Assembly (NCBI GenBank): GCA_004321885.1
Contig: SCQK01000007.1
Location: forward strand, 1-64,000
Length of the DNA stretch: 64,000 nucleotides
Source of the DNA: Patescibacteria group bacterium
GTDB lineage: Bacteria > Patescibacteriota > Patescibacteriia > Magasanikbacterales > GWA2-37-8
Direction of reading: 5' to 3'
How positions within the stretch are numbered: position 1 is the first letter of the stretch; each line of letters begins with the position of its first letter. Positions 1 through 9,291 of this stretch are shown one piece after another. The position numbers and the translations under genes are program-made. The notes under the pieces were generated by a model, which saw only the letters and a list, made by a program, of their open reading frames with translations, was not told where the DNA came from and ran no database searches.

Positions 1-137
1 GAAATCACCTTACGAATGGATGAGCTATTACAATTTTGAACGAATACACATGTCCTTAAACGGACTCACACCGCAACAATTTTATTTACAAAAGTGTAAC
101 CCTTGACTGTTAACTATACATAGAGTTATCCACAGCC

Positions 138-166
138 TTGACAATTATAGCGAACTGTGCTATGGT
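138..166 (+). promoter_or_regulatory. Sigma70-like promoter: TTGACA, 17-bp spacer, TATGGT, with a TGTG extended -10
   Basis: TTGACA at 138-143 and TATGGT at 161-166 lie about 40 bp upstream of the CDS at 205. The motif ttgacaNNNNtagcNNNNtgtgctat is shared with the promoters at 36279 and 52513. Confidence 0.5.
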
Positions 167-204
167 GAAGTGTTTCCCAACAAAGTGCGGGAAATAATTT
201 AATT

Positions 205-1368
205 TTGCGTATGCGTATTGCCATGCTCGGACAAAAAGGCATTCCGGCAATCTACGGCGGCATTGAACGCCATGTAGAGGAATTGTCGGTGGAATTGGCC
301 AAAAAAGGCCATAATGTTTTGGTATACGCGCGCCAGTGGTACACCCCTGTTGATATCAAAAACTATAAAGGCGTTAAAGTGGTCCACACCCCTTCCATTC
401 ATACCAAACATTTGGACACCATCACGCATACCTTTTGCTCCGTTATCCACGCCCTGCGCCAAAAGCCCGACGTGATTCACTTTCACGGCGTGGGCCCGTC
501 TTTGCTTTCCTGGATTCCGCGCTTGCTGGCTCCCCGCGTCAGGGTTATCGCCAATGTCCATTCCTTGGACCGCTATCATCAGAAATGGGGCTGGTTTGCC
601 AAACTCATGCTGAAACTGGGCGAAAGGGCCGCCTACACTTTCCCGCATCAGACCATCGTGGTATCCAAAACCATGCAAAATTATTTTTTGAATGAATATC
701 AGACAATGACTTCGTATGTCCCGAACGGCGTGGCCATTTCGGAAATAGCCGGCCAATCCGCGCTCATTGAAGATAAATGGAACTTGACGCCGAAAAAATA
801 TTTACTGATGGTTTCCCGCCTGGTGCGCCACAAAGGCGCCCACTATTTGCTGGAGGCCTGGCAAATGGCGCGCCAGCAAAATCCGCATCTGCTCGGCGAT
901 TGGAAATTGGTGATTGTCGGCGGCACCGCCTATACCGATGACTATGCCGACGAACTGAAACACGCCGCTCGCGGTGATAACAGCGTCGTCTTTACCGGTT
1001 CACAGCACGGCCAGACTTTAGCTGAACTGTTTGCCAATGCCGGTTTGTTCGTGCACCCTTCGGAAAACGAGGGTCTGCCCATTGCCGTACTGCAGGCCAT
1101 GTCTTTTGGCAAGCCCGCTTTGGTCTCGGACATCTCGGAACACAAAGAATTGATTTTGGACAGCAACTTCTGGTTTGCCAACGGCAATATTATTTCGCTG
1201 GCGCGCAAAATCATCGCGCTTGTCAGCGATGGCTATGGTTTGGCTAAAGCCGGCGCTGTCAACCGCGCCATGGCGCAAAACTTCAACTGGAATGACATCG
1301 CGGATAAAACCGTTAAACTCTACGGATCCAAAGAAAACGCGGCTGAATACGAAACCGCCTCGGCCTAA
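205..1368 (+). CDS. Glycosyltransferase family 1 (GT4-like)
   Basis: 387-aa ORF. The N-terminus MRIAMLGQKGIPAIYGGIERHVEELSVELAKKGHNV and the C-terminal FVHPSENEGLPIAVLQAMSFGKPALVSD (E-x7-E-like motif) are typical of GT4 retaining glycosyltransferases. Confidence 0.8.
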   Translation: MRMRIAMLGQKGIPAIYGGIERHVEELSVELAKKGHNVLVYARQWYTPVDIKNYKGVKVVHTPSIHTKHLDTITHTFCSVIHALRQKPDVIHFHGVGPSLLSWIPRLLAPRVRVIANVHSLDRYHQKWGWFAKLMLKLGERAAYTFPHQTIVVSKTMQNYFLNEYQTMTSYVPNGVAISEIAGQSALIEDKWNLTPKKYLLMVSRLVRHKGAHYLLEAWQMARQQNPHLLGDWKLVIVGGTAYTDDYADELKHAARGDNSVVFTGSQHGQTLAELFANAGLFVHPSENEGLPIAVLQAMSFGKPALVSDISEHKELILDSNFWFANGNIISLARKIIALVSDGYGLAKAGAVNRAMAQNFNWNDIADKTVKLYGSKENAAEYETASA

Positions 1369-1408
1369 AAAATCCTCCGTTAGCGCGGGGGATTTTTTAT
1401 TTTTTTAT
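1366..1408. terminator. Bidirectional rho-independent terminator between convergent glycosyltransferase genes
   Basis: Hairpin aatcctccgttagcgcgggggatt at 1371-1394, flanked by an A-run upstream and a T-run at 1395-1408. Confidence 0.6.
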
Positions 1409-2620
1409 TACCTCCCCATATATTTTCTCCAGCCCCGCAAAGTAAGAGTCAATGTTGTGATTATCCATCACCCAGTTGCGCGCGTTAACGCCTATCTCCT
1501 GTGCCTGGGCCTCGCCCAAGCGCATGGCTTCGCGGATAAACAGGGCCAATGAATCCGGGTCTTCGGGCTCGGCCAAAAAACCGGTCTCGTCGGTTCGTAT
1601 CAGTTCGCTGTTTCCGCCGCGGTCCGCGGCCACCACCAGCCGGCCGTTGGCCATGGCTTCCAAAATCGTCATGGAGCAATTCTCGTAAACCAGCGACGGC
1701 GCCACCACCGCGCGGCTGGCGGCCATTAGCTCTTTCCAGCGCTCGCCACCCACCCAGCCCAGCCGCGACACGTGCGTCAGGCCGTATTGGCGGATATACT
1801 TGTCCACCCACGGCTCGTCCGGCCCCACGCCGGCCACGATAATTTGATATTCGCGCAAACTGCGCGCCGCGTCCATAAATATCCGTATCCCTTTTTCTTC
1901 ATGCAAGCGGCCGAAATACACAATTTTATCTCCCAGCGGCGGATACTGGGCCGGCGCCGCGAAAGGATTGCGCAAGAGCCGCAGTTTGGCCGGAGCAAAC
2001 CCCCAATTAGCCATTTCATCCATCATAAATTGGCTGGGGCAGATAAAAATATCAGTTAAATTCCAAATGCCGCGTAGCCAATAATAATAGGCTTCCAGGG
2101 CCCCGGCCGCGCTTTTTACGCGCGAATCATCAATGCACTTGTTGGCGAAACATTGATAATAGCGGTGGCGGTAACAGCGCTGGCAGATGGTGTGCTTCAC
2201 CAGGCGCCGATGATTGGGGCACATGGGCTGGACATCATGCACGGTCAAGACTATGGGGATGCCTATTTTTTTTAGGCTGGTAAAAATGGTGGCCGAGAGC
2301 TGGCGCGTTACGTTGTGCAAATGCGCCACTTGCGGCTCGGTCGCCAAAATCAGCGAACGCAATTTTTTTCTCACTTCGGCCGAGGAAAATAAATGCTTGA
2401 ACGCTTTCCAAGAGGCGGCCGCGTCCAAACCGCCTTCGGTGAGCTCGGTAACGGCGTTGACAAAATAGGCCGAATACTCGGACGGCAGATTTTTGGGATG
2501 AACGGCCGAAAACTCCGCCACCTCGTGCCCGCGCTGGCGCAGGCCGGCGATGGTGTCCAAAAAAACCATCTCGGCCCCGCCGCGGCGGTAAAAAAATTTG
2601 TTTGCCTGCAGGATGCGCAT
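1397..2620 (-). CDS. Glycosyltransferase family 1 (GT4-like)
   Basis: 407-aa ORF with MRILQANKFFYRRGGAEMVF at the N-terminus and a C-terminal GT1 motif region (NCSMTILEAMANGRLVVAADRGGNSELI). Confidence 0.75.
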   Translation of the reverse strand: MRILQANKFFYRRGGAEMVFLDTIAGLRQRGHEVAEFSAVHPKNLPSEYSAYFVNAVTELTEGGLDAAASWKAFKHLFSSAEVRKKLRSLILATEPQVAHLHNVTRQLSATIFTSLKKIGIPIVLTVHDVQPMCPNHRRLVKHTICQRCYRHRYYQCFANKCIDDSRVKSAAGALEAYYYWLRGIWNLTDIFICPSQFMMDEMANWGFAPAKLRLLRNPFAAPAQYPPLGDKIVYFGRLHEEKGIRIFMDAARSLREYQIIVAGVGPDEPWVDKYIRQYGLTHVSRLGWVGGERWKELMAASRAVVAPSLVYENCSMTILEAMANGRLVVAADRGGNSELIRTDETGFLAEPEDPDSLALFIREAMRLGEAQAQEIGVNARNWVMDNHNIDSYFAGLEKIYGEVIKK

Positions 2621-2621
2621 A

Positions 2622-3320
2622 TTATTTAACAGCGGCGGCGACTAAATTTTGTCCACCTTTATAATCTGACCAGGTTCCATTTTTGCCCACGAATTCCATT
2701 TTCTGCACTTTGAAACCGGCGCTCGTTAATAATTTTTTCAATTCAGCCGGAGTAAAGTGGTGATAATACCTCTCGGCCAGCAATTCGCCAGCCGGAGTTT
2801 TCCACGGAATCAAGAAGTCATTCTTGTCTATTTTTTTCCAACTCTTTTTGGCTTTGGCCTTTGCCCAATCGCTGTCCAAATTCCAAACCATCACAACAAG
2901 TTTTGCTCCTTTTTTCATTTCACGATAAAACTCGTTTAATACTTTTAATCGACTGGTTTGGTCGGGCAAATGAAACAGCGAGGAAATCGCGAAGACCAAA
3001 TCAAAATATTCGGACGGAAATTTCTTGGCGCGCGCGCCGGTGCAGAAAAATTTTATTGAGCCGTCTTTGGCCGTGAATTTCTTGCGCGCGATTTTGAGCA
3101 GTCCGGCGCTTTGGTCAATGCCGAAATATTTCACTTTTTTTCCTTTCAGACAAAAAACCATGCGTCCGTTGCCACATCCCCAATCCAAAATCTTTTGTCC
3201 GTCTTTTATGAACTTGCCGAAATACTTAAACTCGGGCCGGACATATTCCCTGGTGGCGGAAAAGTACTTGGCGATGCGGTTGTAATCATCGCGGGTTTTC
3301 TGTATAAGGTCTTCAACCAT
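2622..3320 (-). CDS. Class I SAM-dependent methyltransferase
   Basis: 232-aa ORF carrying the SAM-binding motif I ILDWGCGNGRM. Confidence 0.7.
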   Translation of the reverse strand: MVEDLIQKTRDDYNRIAKYFSATREYVRPEFKYFGKFIKDGQKILDWGCGNGRMVFCLKGKKVKYFGIDQSAGLLKIARKKFTAKDGSIKFFCTGARAKKFPSEYFDLVFAISSLFHLPDQTSRLKVLNEFYREMKKGAKLVVMVWNLDSDWAKAKAKKSWKKIDKNDFLIPWKTPAGELLAERYYHHFTPAELKKLLTSAGFKVQKMEFVGKNGTWSDYKGGQNLVAAAVK

Positions 3321-3329
3321 ATATACTCA

Positions 3330-3374
3330 TTCGCTCGGAAACAAGCGAGCAAGCTCGCTTGTTTCGCTCGCTCA
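3330..3374. promoter_or_regulatory. Palindrome (13-bp perfect stem gaaacaagcgagc/gctcgcttgtttc) in the divergent intergenic region, followed by TATAAT
   Basis: Seen directly. An operator-like inverted repeat sits between the divergent methyltransferase and elp3 genes. The -10-like tataat falls at 3382-3387, so the elp3 start may actually lie downstream of 3359. Confidence 0.4.
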
Positions 3375-5050
3375 TTTCGTATATAATGGCGGTGCTGTCT
3401 AACTTTGCTATGTTTTCCATGATAAAAAAATTTTTAATCAATTTAGCTAAAAATCCTCCGCGAAACGACGAGGAGCTGGAAAGCGCCAAGCGCCTGTTTT
3501 TGCGCGCTGACAAACAGCTTTCCCCTTCCCAAAGGGGGCTTTCCAAAAAAGATTTGCTGGCATTATACCACAAATTGCTGGCCAAAAACAAGGTTAAAAA
3601 AAGCCCGGCGCTGGAGCGCCTACTGACCAAGCGGGCGGTGCGCACCCTGTCGGGCGTGGCCATTATCACGGTGCTTACCAAGCCCTGGGCCTGCCCGGGC
3701 CGATGTGTCTACTGCCCCAGCGAACCAGGCATGCCAAAGAGCTACTTGTCCGATGAACCGGCGGCCGCCCGCGCCAAGATGCTAAAATTTGACCCATACG
3801 AACAAACGCGCCAACGTATTTTGGCCCTGGAAGCCAACGGCCACCCCACCGATAAAATAGAGCTGATCATCAAGGGCGGCAGCTGGAGCGCCTATCCCCT
3901 CGCCTACCAGCACTGGTTTATTTTGCGCTGTTTCCAGGCGGCGAATGGGAGAATCAGGAATAAAAAATCAGGAATAAAAAAAATTGACGCGTTAAAAAAG
4001 ACACTGGCCGAAGAGCAAAGAAAAAACGAGCTATCCAAGCACCGCATCGTCGGCTTGACTTTGGAAACGCGGCCGGATTTTATCACGGAAAAAACCGCGG
4101 CCGAGATGCGCGAGGTGGGATGCACGCGAGTGGAGATGGGAGCGCAAACCACCGACGATAAAATTCTAAAATTGATAAAACGCGGGCATGACGCGCGCCA
4201 AACCAAAACAGCCACGCGGCTTTTGAAAAATCACGGCTTCAAAGTGGACTATCATTTGATGCCCCAACTGCCCGGCTCCACGCCGGCGAAAGATTTGAAA
4301 ATGATGGAAGAAATTTTTAGCGACCCGGATTACCGTCCCGACATGCTAAAAATTTATCCTTGCACGGTGATAGAAAATTCCTTGCTTTATGATTGGCTCA
4401 AAAAAGGAAGGTACAAACCTTATCCCGACAAACAACTGATAGCGACGCTTATAAAATTCAAAACGCGAATCCCCGGCTACGCGCGCGTTTCGCGCTTGAT
4501 TCGAGATATTCCCGGGCACCACGTGAAAGCGGGAAATAAAATGACCAATCTGCGCCAGGTAATTCAGGCGCGGATGCGCGCGGAAGGATTAAAATGCCGC
4601 TGTCTCCGTTGCCGTGAGATTGGCCACAACGAAGAATTAGGAACAAAGAATAAAGAATTAAGGGTTAAATTGTTTATTGACAAATACAAAGCCAGTGGCG
4701 GCACAGAATATTTTTTGAGCTACGAAGACGTAAAAAGAAATGTCGTTTACGCCTTTTGCCGCCTTCGCATTCTCCCTCCCCTTTATAAGGGGAGGGTTAG
4801 GGAGGGGTATCGGGCCTTTATCCGCGAACTGCACACCTACGGCCATTTGGTCGGCATTGGCAAGAACGAAAAAAAAGCCAGCCAGCACACGGGCCTGGGC
4901 AAAAAATTGCTGGCCGAAGCGGAAAAAATTTGCGCGAAAAACAAGGTGCAGAAATTGGCCATCATCGCCGGCGTGGGCGTGCGAAATTATTACCGAAAAC
5001 TCGGGTATCGGCTGGAAAATACCTATATGGTAAAAAAATTGCGTAAATAA
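3359..5050 (+). CDS. elp3: Elp3-like radical SAM / GNAT acetyltransferase (tRNA wobble uridine modification family)
   Basis: 563-aa ORF. Radical SAM cluster motif CPGRCVYCP is present. The C-terminal GNAT region (HTGLGKKLLAEAEKICAKNKVQKLAIIAGVGVRNYYRKLGY) closely matches the eukaryotic/archaeal Elp3 C-terminus. The start is uncertain; alternative Mets lie at 3389 and 3419. Confidence 0.8.
   Translation: MFRSLISYIMAVLSNFAMFSMIKKFLINLAKNPPRNDEELESAKRLFLRADKQLSPSQRGLSKKDLLALYHKLLAKNKVKKSPALERLLTKRAVRTLSGVAIITVLTKPWACPGRCVYCPSEPGMPKSYLSDEPAAARAKMLKFDPYEQTRQRILALEANGHPTDKIELIIKGGSWSAYPLAYQHWFILRCFQAANGRIRNKKSGIKKIDALKKTLAEEQRKNELSKHRIVGLTLETRPDFITEKTAAEMREVGCTRVEMGAQTTDDKILKLIKRGHDARQTKTATRLLKNHGFKVDYHLMPQLPGSTPAKDLKMMEEIFSDPDYRPDMLKIYPCTVIENSLLYDWLKKGRYKPYPDKQLIATLIKFKTRIPGYARVSRLIRDIPGHHVKAGNKMTNLRQVIQARMRAEGLKCRCLRCREIGHNEELGTKNKELRVKLFIDKYKASGGTEYFLSYEDVKRNVVYAFCRLRILPPLYKGRVREGYRAFIRELHTYGHLVGIGKNEKKASQHTGLGKKLLAEAEKICAKNKVQKLAIIAGVGVRNYYRKLGYRLENTYMVKKLRK
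4771..4809. repeat. G-rich palindromic element (family B: CCCTCCCC-TTATAA-GGGGAGGG plus GGGAGGGG), in frame inside elp3
   Basis: Sequence ctccctcccctttataaggggagggttagggaggggta, encoding LPPLYKGRVREG. The same element recurs at 11847, 47016, 50769 and 59027. Confidence 0.7.
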
Positions 5051-5067
5051 TGTTTAGTGATATAATG

Positions 5068-5139
5068 ATATTGTGTTTGAGTGAAAGAAATTTGAACATA
5101 GAGCGAGCGTCGTTGAAATTTCTTTCACTCAAACAATAT
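5068..5139 (+). promoter_or_regulatory. Long near-perfect hairpin (about 26-bp stem) between elp3 and the nudix gene
   Basis: Arms atattgtgtttgagtgaaagaaatttgaac and gttgaaatttctttcactcaaacaatat around a 14-nt loop. No T-run follows the hairpin. Confidence 0.5.
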
Positions 5140-5142
5140 AAC

Positions 5143-5538
5143 AATATGCAACTACCAAACAAATCTATCATCGCCTCGGGGCCGGTGATTATAGAAAACA
5201 ATAAAGTGCTCTTGAACAAAGAAAAAAAAGAAGACGGCGGCGTTTCGCTTTGGATGTTTCCAGGTGGAGAAGTGGAGGATTTTGATGTTTCGCTGGAAGA
5301 AGCGTGCCAACGCGAAGCCAAAGAAGAACTGGGAATTGACGTAGAGATTGTCAAACCGCTTAAACCGATTATGTTAAACAAAGATGGCCGCGTGATTGTT
5401 TTGATACATTATCTCGCTAAACGGATAGGCGAAATCACGCCCGGCCCGCAGACAGCCGAATACGGCTGGCACGACATCAACAACCTGCCTCCCGACTGCG
5501 CGCCAAATGTTTATGAAGTTTTAAAAAATTTAATTTAA
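5143..5538 (+). CDS. NUDIX hydrolase
   Basis: Nudix box [25 protein letters not shown]. The start is taken at MQLPNKS, because the upstream part of the ORF is occupied by the long hairpin. Confidence 0.7.
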   Translation, partial: NMQLPNKSIIASGPVIIENNKVLLNKEKKEDGGVSLWMFPGGEVEDFDVSLEEACQREAKEELGIDVEIVKPLKPIMLNKDGRVIVLIHYLAKRIGEITPGPQTAEYGWHDINNLPPDCAPNVYEVLKNLI

Positions 5539-5588
5539 CCCCACCCTGCCCCTCCCCTAATAGGAGAGGAAAAATTAAGGTAAATACT

Positions 5589-6830
5589 ATGCACACGCAA
5601 GCCCTAAAGGAGTTTGACGGCGATATTTACGCGAGCATCGGACGTGAACTGAAACGTCAGGAAGAAGGATTAGAAATGATTCCTTCGGAAAATTTTGTTT
5701 CTCCGGCCGTGCTGGAAGCGCTCGGCTCAATACTCACCAACAAATACTCCGAGGGGTACGCGGGCAAGCGCTATTACGGCGGCTGTGAGTTTATTGACGA
5801 AGTGGAAACACTGGCCATAGACCGCGCCAAACAGCTATTCGGCGCCGAGCACGTCAATGTCCAGCCACTTTCGGGCGCGCCGGCCAATATCGCCGTCTAT
5901 TTCGCTTTGCTTTCGCCCGGCGACACGGTGCTGGGCATGGACTTGTCTCACGGCGGCCACCTCACCCACGGCCACCCGGTCACCTACATGGCCAAAATTT
6001 TTAACTTCGTGCGCTACAAAACCAATGCCGAGGGCTTGATTGATTTGGATAACTTGCGCCAGATGACCTTGGAACATAAACCAAAAATCATTCTGGTGGG
6101 CTATTCGGCCTATTCGCGCGAAATTGAATACGCGAAGATAAAAGCCATTGCCGATGAAGCGGGCGCCATCACCATGGCCGACATTGCCCATATCGCCGGG
6201 CTTATAGCCGCCGGCGAAATGAGCAACCCGGTGCCGATTTTTGACGTCGTCACCACCACCACGCACAAAACATTGCGCGGTCCGCGCGGCGGCATGATAA
6301 TGTGCAAAGAAAAATTCGCCAAAGCGATTGACAAGTCGGTATTCCCCGGCTTCCAGGGCGGGCCGCACGAAAACAACATCGCGGCCAAGGCCGTGGCATT
6401 TAAGGAAGCGCTGGAGCCGGCTTTCAAGGACTACGCCAAACAAATTAAAGCCAACGCCAAGATTCTGGAAGAAGAATTCAAAAAGCGGGATTATAAATTA
6501 TGTTTCGGCGGCACGGACAATCATCTTTTGCTCATAGACGTGACGCCGAAAAACTTATCCGGCAAAGAAGCCCAAATCGCGCTGGACAAGGCCGGCATTA
6601 CCGTGAACAAAAACATGATTCCCGATGACCCGCGCTCGCCCATGGACCCCTCGGGTATTCGCCTGGGCACGCCGGCCCTCACCACGCGCGGCATGAAAGA
6701 AAACGAAATGCGCCAAATAGCCGCCTGGATTGATGAAGCGATAATGAACTGGCAGGATGAAACAAAACTTGCCGACATTCGCCGGCAAGTCATTGAACTG
6801 ACGAAAAAATTCCCGCTTTATTCTATTTAA
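5589..6830 (+). CDS. glyA: Serine hydroxymethyltransferase
   Basis: 413 aa. The N-terminus matches the GlyA signature [42 protein letters not shown]. Confidence 0.9.
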   Translation: MHTQALKEFDGDIYASIGRELKRQEEGLEMIPSENFVSPAVLEALGSILTNKYSEGYAGKRYYGGCEFIDEVETLAIDRAKQLFGAEHVNVQPLSGAPANIAVYFALLSPGDTVLGMDLSHGGHLTHGHPVTYMAKIFNFVRYKTNAEGLIDLDNLRQMTLEHKPKIILVGYSAYSREIEYAKIKAIADEAGAITMADIAHIAGLIAAGEMSNPVPIFDVVTTTTHKTLRGPRGGMIMCKEKFAKAIDKSVFPGFQGGPHENNIAAKAVAFKEALEPAFKDYAKQIKANAKILEEEFKKRDYKLCFGGTDNHLLLIDVTPKNLSGKEAQIALDKAGITVNKNMIPDDPRSPMDPSGIRLGTPALTTRGMKENEMRQIAAWIDEAIMNWQDETKLADIRRQVIELTKKFPLYSI

Positions 6831-8283
6831 TTTCTCTCACTTCCACCAAGTTGACGTTGCCGGCCTGCCCGACTGGTTCGCCGGCCACCACTATCATGCG
6901 CTCGCCTTTTTTGGCGATTTTATTTTTCTTAATGTAAGCGATGGCTCGCTCAATCAATTCTTCTATGGTGTGGCAAGGCACCAAAACAAACGGCACCACT
7001 CCCCAAGACAAATTTAACTGGCGCCGCACCCGTTCGCCGCCCGTGGCCACCAGTATCGGCAGCTGGGGGCGCACGTGGCTGATCAAACGACCCGTGTCGC
7101 CGGTCAGCGACGCGGCTAAAATAATTTTGGCGTCTACTTCTTCGGCGAGCACGCGCGACAATTCGCTTACCGCCGTATCCACCGAAGCGTTTCTTCTGTA
7201 AATTGCCGGCAAACTGGTGTCGTCGTAGGCCGACTTCTCGGTGGCGCGAATTATTTCCGACATTGTTTCCACGACCAGGGCCGGATGCTTGCCCACCGAG
7301 GTCTCGTTTGACAGCATCAAAGCGTCGGCGTGATCTATCACGGCGTTGGCCACGTCGGAAACCTCGGCGCGGGTGGGCCGACGGCTCTCACGCATGGAAT
7401 CCAGCATCTGGGTCGCCACCATTACCGGCTTGGCTATTTTTCTGGCCGAATCAATAATTCTTTTTTGCGCCAACGGCACTTCGGCGGCCGGAATTTCCAA
7501 ACCCAAATCCCCGCGCGCCACCATCGCGCCGTCGGCCGCTTCCAAAATCTCGGTAATATTCTCCACCCCTTCGTGGCGCTCTATTTTGGCGATTATTCTT
7601 ATTGGCTGTTCGCTCTTTCGGCCAAGCTCCTGCTCATACTGTTTTATCAAAAATTTCACGTCCAGAATATCCCTGGCGTTTTTCACGAAAGAAACCGCCA
7701 GCAGGTCAACCCCCAGCTTGACGGCGAACTTCAAATCGCTCTTGTCTTTCTCGCTTAAAGCAGTTACAGAGAGCGAACTGTCGGGCAAATTCAAACCTTT
7801 ATTGGAGGTAATGATTCCGCCCTCCACCACCTGGCCCGCGATTCTAGTGCCCTTCACTTCGGTTATCTTAATCTCAACGCGGCCGTCGTCTATCAAAATA
7901 CGCTCCCCGCTCTGCACGTATTTATGCAAATCGGCGAAATCAATCGGTAATTCTCCAGGACCGCTTTTATCTCCGCAGGTATTTAAGGAAACCGTCTGTC
8001 TTTCGCGCAAGGTCACTCCCTCTTTGGGCAAAACGCCCAGCCGAATTTTAGGCCCCTGCAAGTCGCCCATGATGGCCAGGGGCTCGCCGGTGGCTGCCTC
8101 GGCCCGGCGCAGATTATTGAATAATTTTTCGTGCTCTTCGTGGGTGCCATGGGAAAAATTAAGACGCGCCACGTTCATGCCCGCTCTTATCATTTTGACC
8201 TGGACCTTGACGTCGGCGCAGGCCGGCCCGATGGTGGCGCAAATTTTGGTTTTTTTCAGCATAGAACCACTAATCTTATTCAC
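6823..8283 (-). CDS. pyk: Pyruvate kinase
   Basis: 486 aa with N-terminal [34 protein letters not shown]. The ORF begins at a GTG; the ATG for MLKKTKI at about 8262 is an alternative start. Confidence 0.85.
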   Translation of the reverse strand: MNKISGSMLKKTKICATIGPACADVKVQVKMIRAGMNVARLNFSHGTHEEHEKLFNNLRRAEAATGEPLAIMGDLQGPKIRLGVLPKEGVTLRERQTVSLNTCGDKSGPGELPIDFADLHKYVQSGERILIDDGRVEIKITEVKGTRIAGQVVEGGIITSNKGLNLPDSSLSVTALSEKDKSDLKFAVKLGVDLLAVSFVKNARDILDVKFLIKQYEQELGRKSEQPIRIIAKIERHEGVENITEILEAADGAMVARGDLGLEIPAAEVPLAQKRIIDSARKIAKPVMVATQMLDSMRESRRPTRAEVSDVANAVIDHADALMLSNETSVGKHPALVVETMSEIIRATEKSAYDDTSLPAIYRRNASVDTAVSELSRVLAEEVDAKIILAASLTGDTGRLISHVRPQLPILVATGGERVRRQLNLSWGVVPFVLVPCHTIEELIERAIAYIKKNKIAKKGERMIVVAGEPVGQAGNVNLVEVREIK

Positions 8284-8311
8284 TAATCACACTAACTGAC
8301 GAACGATTGGC
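8270..8311 (-). promoter_or_regulatory. About 40-bp 5' motif with three ATTAGTG heptamers, shared with the gene starting at 13782
   Basis: catagaaccactaatcttattcactaatcacactaact here matches catagaaccactaattttatccactaatcgcactaatt at 13750-13791 at 38 of 42 positions. It spans the start codons and encodes (V)NKISGSM and (V)DKISGSM. Confidence 0.5.
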
Positions 8312-8314
8312 TTG

Positions 8315-8764
8315 TCACTTTAACAACCCTTTCGCCCTCTCTTGCTGTTCCGGATTTAAGTTAAGTATCTTCATCATCTCTTCAACAGAAGAAGCCGGGG
8401 CTTCCTGTCCGCTCTGGCCGCCGCCGATTATTCCCATCAGCTGGCCATATTGATTCAGGAGCCCTTTCAGATACGGCTGCAGATACCAGGCTCCGAGTAT
8501 CAACGAGCCGACAATAATTAAAAACTTAAACCAGCCGAGAAACGCGCTCCAAAAAAGCTTGCGGTTGATACGCCGATTCTGCTCGTAAATTATCTGCGAC
8601 CACTTCAAATTTTTCTCCACCAATTCTCTTAGCGCCTCCGGGCCATCGTGCGCAGGCTCCGCGGGCCGCGGAGCCGGCGCCGCGTTTTCCGCACCCTCTT
8701 TCTTTTCTTCATTTCTTTTCTCATCGCCTGCTTGCGGCTCGTCGTTATATTTATGCTTAAACAT
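8315..8764 (-). CDS. Hypothetical membrane protein
   Basis: ORF with a hydrophobic segment WSAFLGWFKFLIIVGSLILGAWYL. The start is trimmed to MFKHKY to avoid overlapping nrdR. Function is unknown. Confidence 0.45.
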   Translation of the reverse strand: MFKHKYNDEPQAGDEKRNEEKKEGAENAAPAPRPAEPAHDGPEALRELVEKNLKWSQIIYEQNRRINRKLFWSAFLGWFKFLIIVGSLILGAWYLQPYLKGLLNQYGQLMGIIGGGQSGQEAPASSVEEMMKILNLNPEQQERAKGLLK

Positions 8765-8765
8765 A

Positions 8766-9221
8766 TCATTTTTTCTTTGATAATTTATGGAGTTCGCGTT
8801 CAAAGGTTCGCACATCTTTGAAATCTCGGTACACGCTGGCAAAACGGATATAGGCCACCTTGTCAAACAGCCGCAAATGCTTCATCACAATCTCGCCGAT
8901 ATCCCCGCTGGCCAGCTCACGCGATTTGCGCTTGGAAATATCGCGCTCAATATCATGCACCAGGCGATGAAAATTTTCCTGCGTGTAAGGGCGCTTGGTC
9001 AGCGACCGCCTGATGCCGTTTTCTATCTTGTCGCGCATATAGCTTTCGCGGCCGCCGTTTCTTTTCACGACGATCACATCCAAGAGTTCCACCTCCTCAA
9101 CGGTGGAAAAACGATAGCGGCATTTGTCGCACTGCCGGCGGCGGCGAATAGACATATCATCGCCGGCCGGCCGGCTGTCCACTACCCTGGTGTCTTTGTT
9201 GTTGCAAACCGGACAGCGCAT
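8766..9221 (-). CDS. nrdR: Transcriptional repressor NrdR
   Basis: MRCPVCNNKDTRVVDSRPAGDDMSIRRRRQCDKCRYRFSTVEE carries the NrdR zinc ribbon followed by an ATP-cone. Confidence 0.9.
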   Translation of the reverse strand: MRCPVCNNKDTRVVDSRPAGDDMSIRRRRQCDKCRYRFSTVEEVELLDVIVVKRNGGRESYMRDKIENGIRRSLTKRPYTQENFHRLVHDIERDISKRKSRELASGDIGEIVMKHLRLFDKVAYIRFASVYRDFKDVRTFERELHKLSKKK

Positions 9222-9254
9222 AGTTGATATACTTTACCATTTTCCCAAAAAATA

Positions 9255-9283
9255 AACAACCCCGACTGAGTCGGGGTTGTTTC
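9255..9283 (-). terminator. Hairpin aacaaccccgactgagtcggggttgtt downstream of ftsZ (family A core CCCGACTNAGTCGGG)
   Basis: A 12-bp stem lying between the ftsZ stop and the nrdR start. Confidence 0.5.
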
Positions 9284-9291
9284 GCTTAAAA

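Noticed and set aside
5539-5570. Family B element upstream of glyA
   Set aside because: Only one G-rich arm (ccccaccctgcccctcccc) is clear, without a convincing complementary arm. It was kept out of the feature list as too weak.
7346-8299. 317-aa plus-strand ORF
   Set aside because: It lies entirely antisense to the well-supported pyk gene. Its low-complexity S/A/P-rich translation is typical of a shadow ORF.
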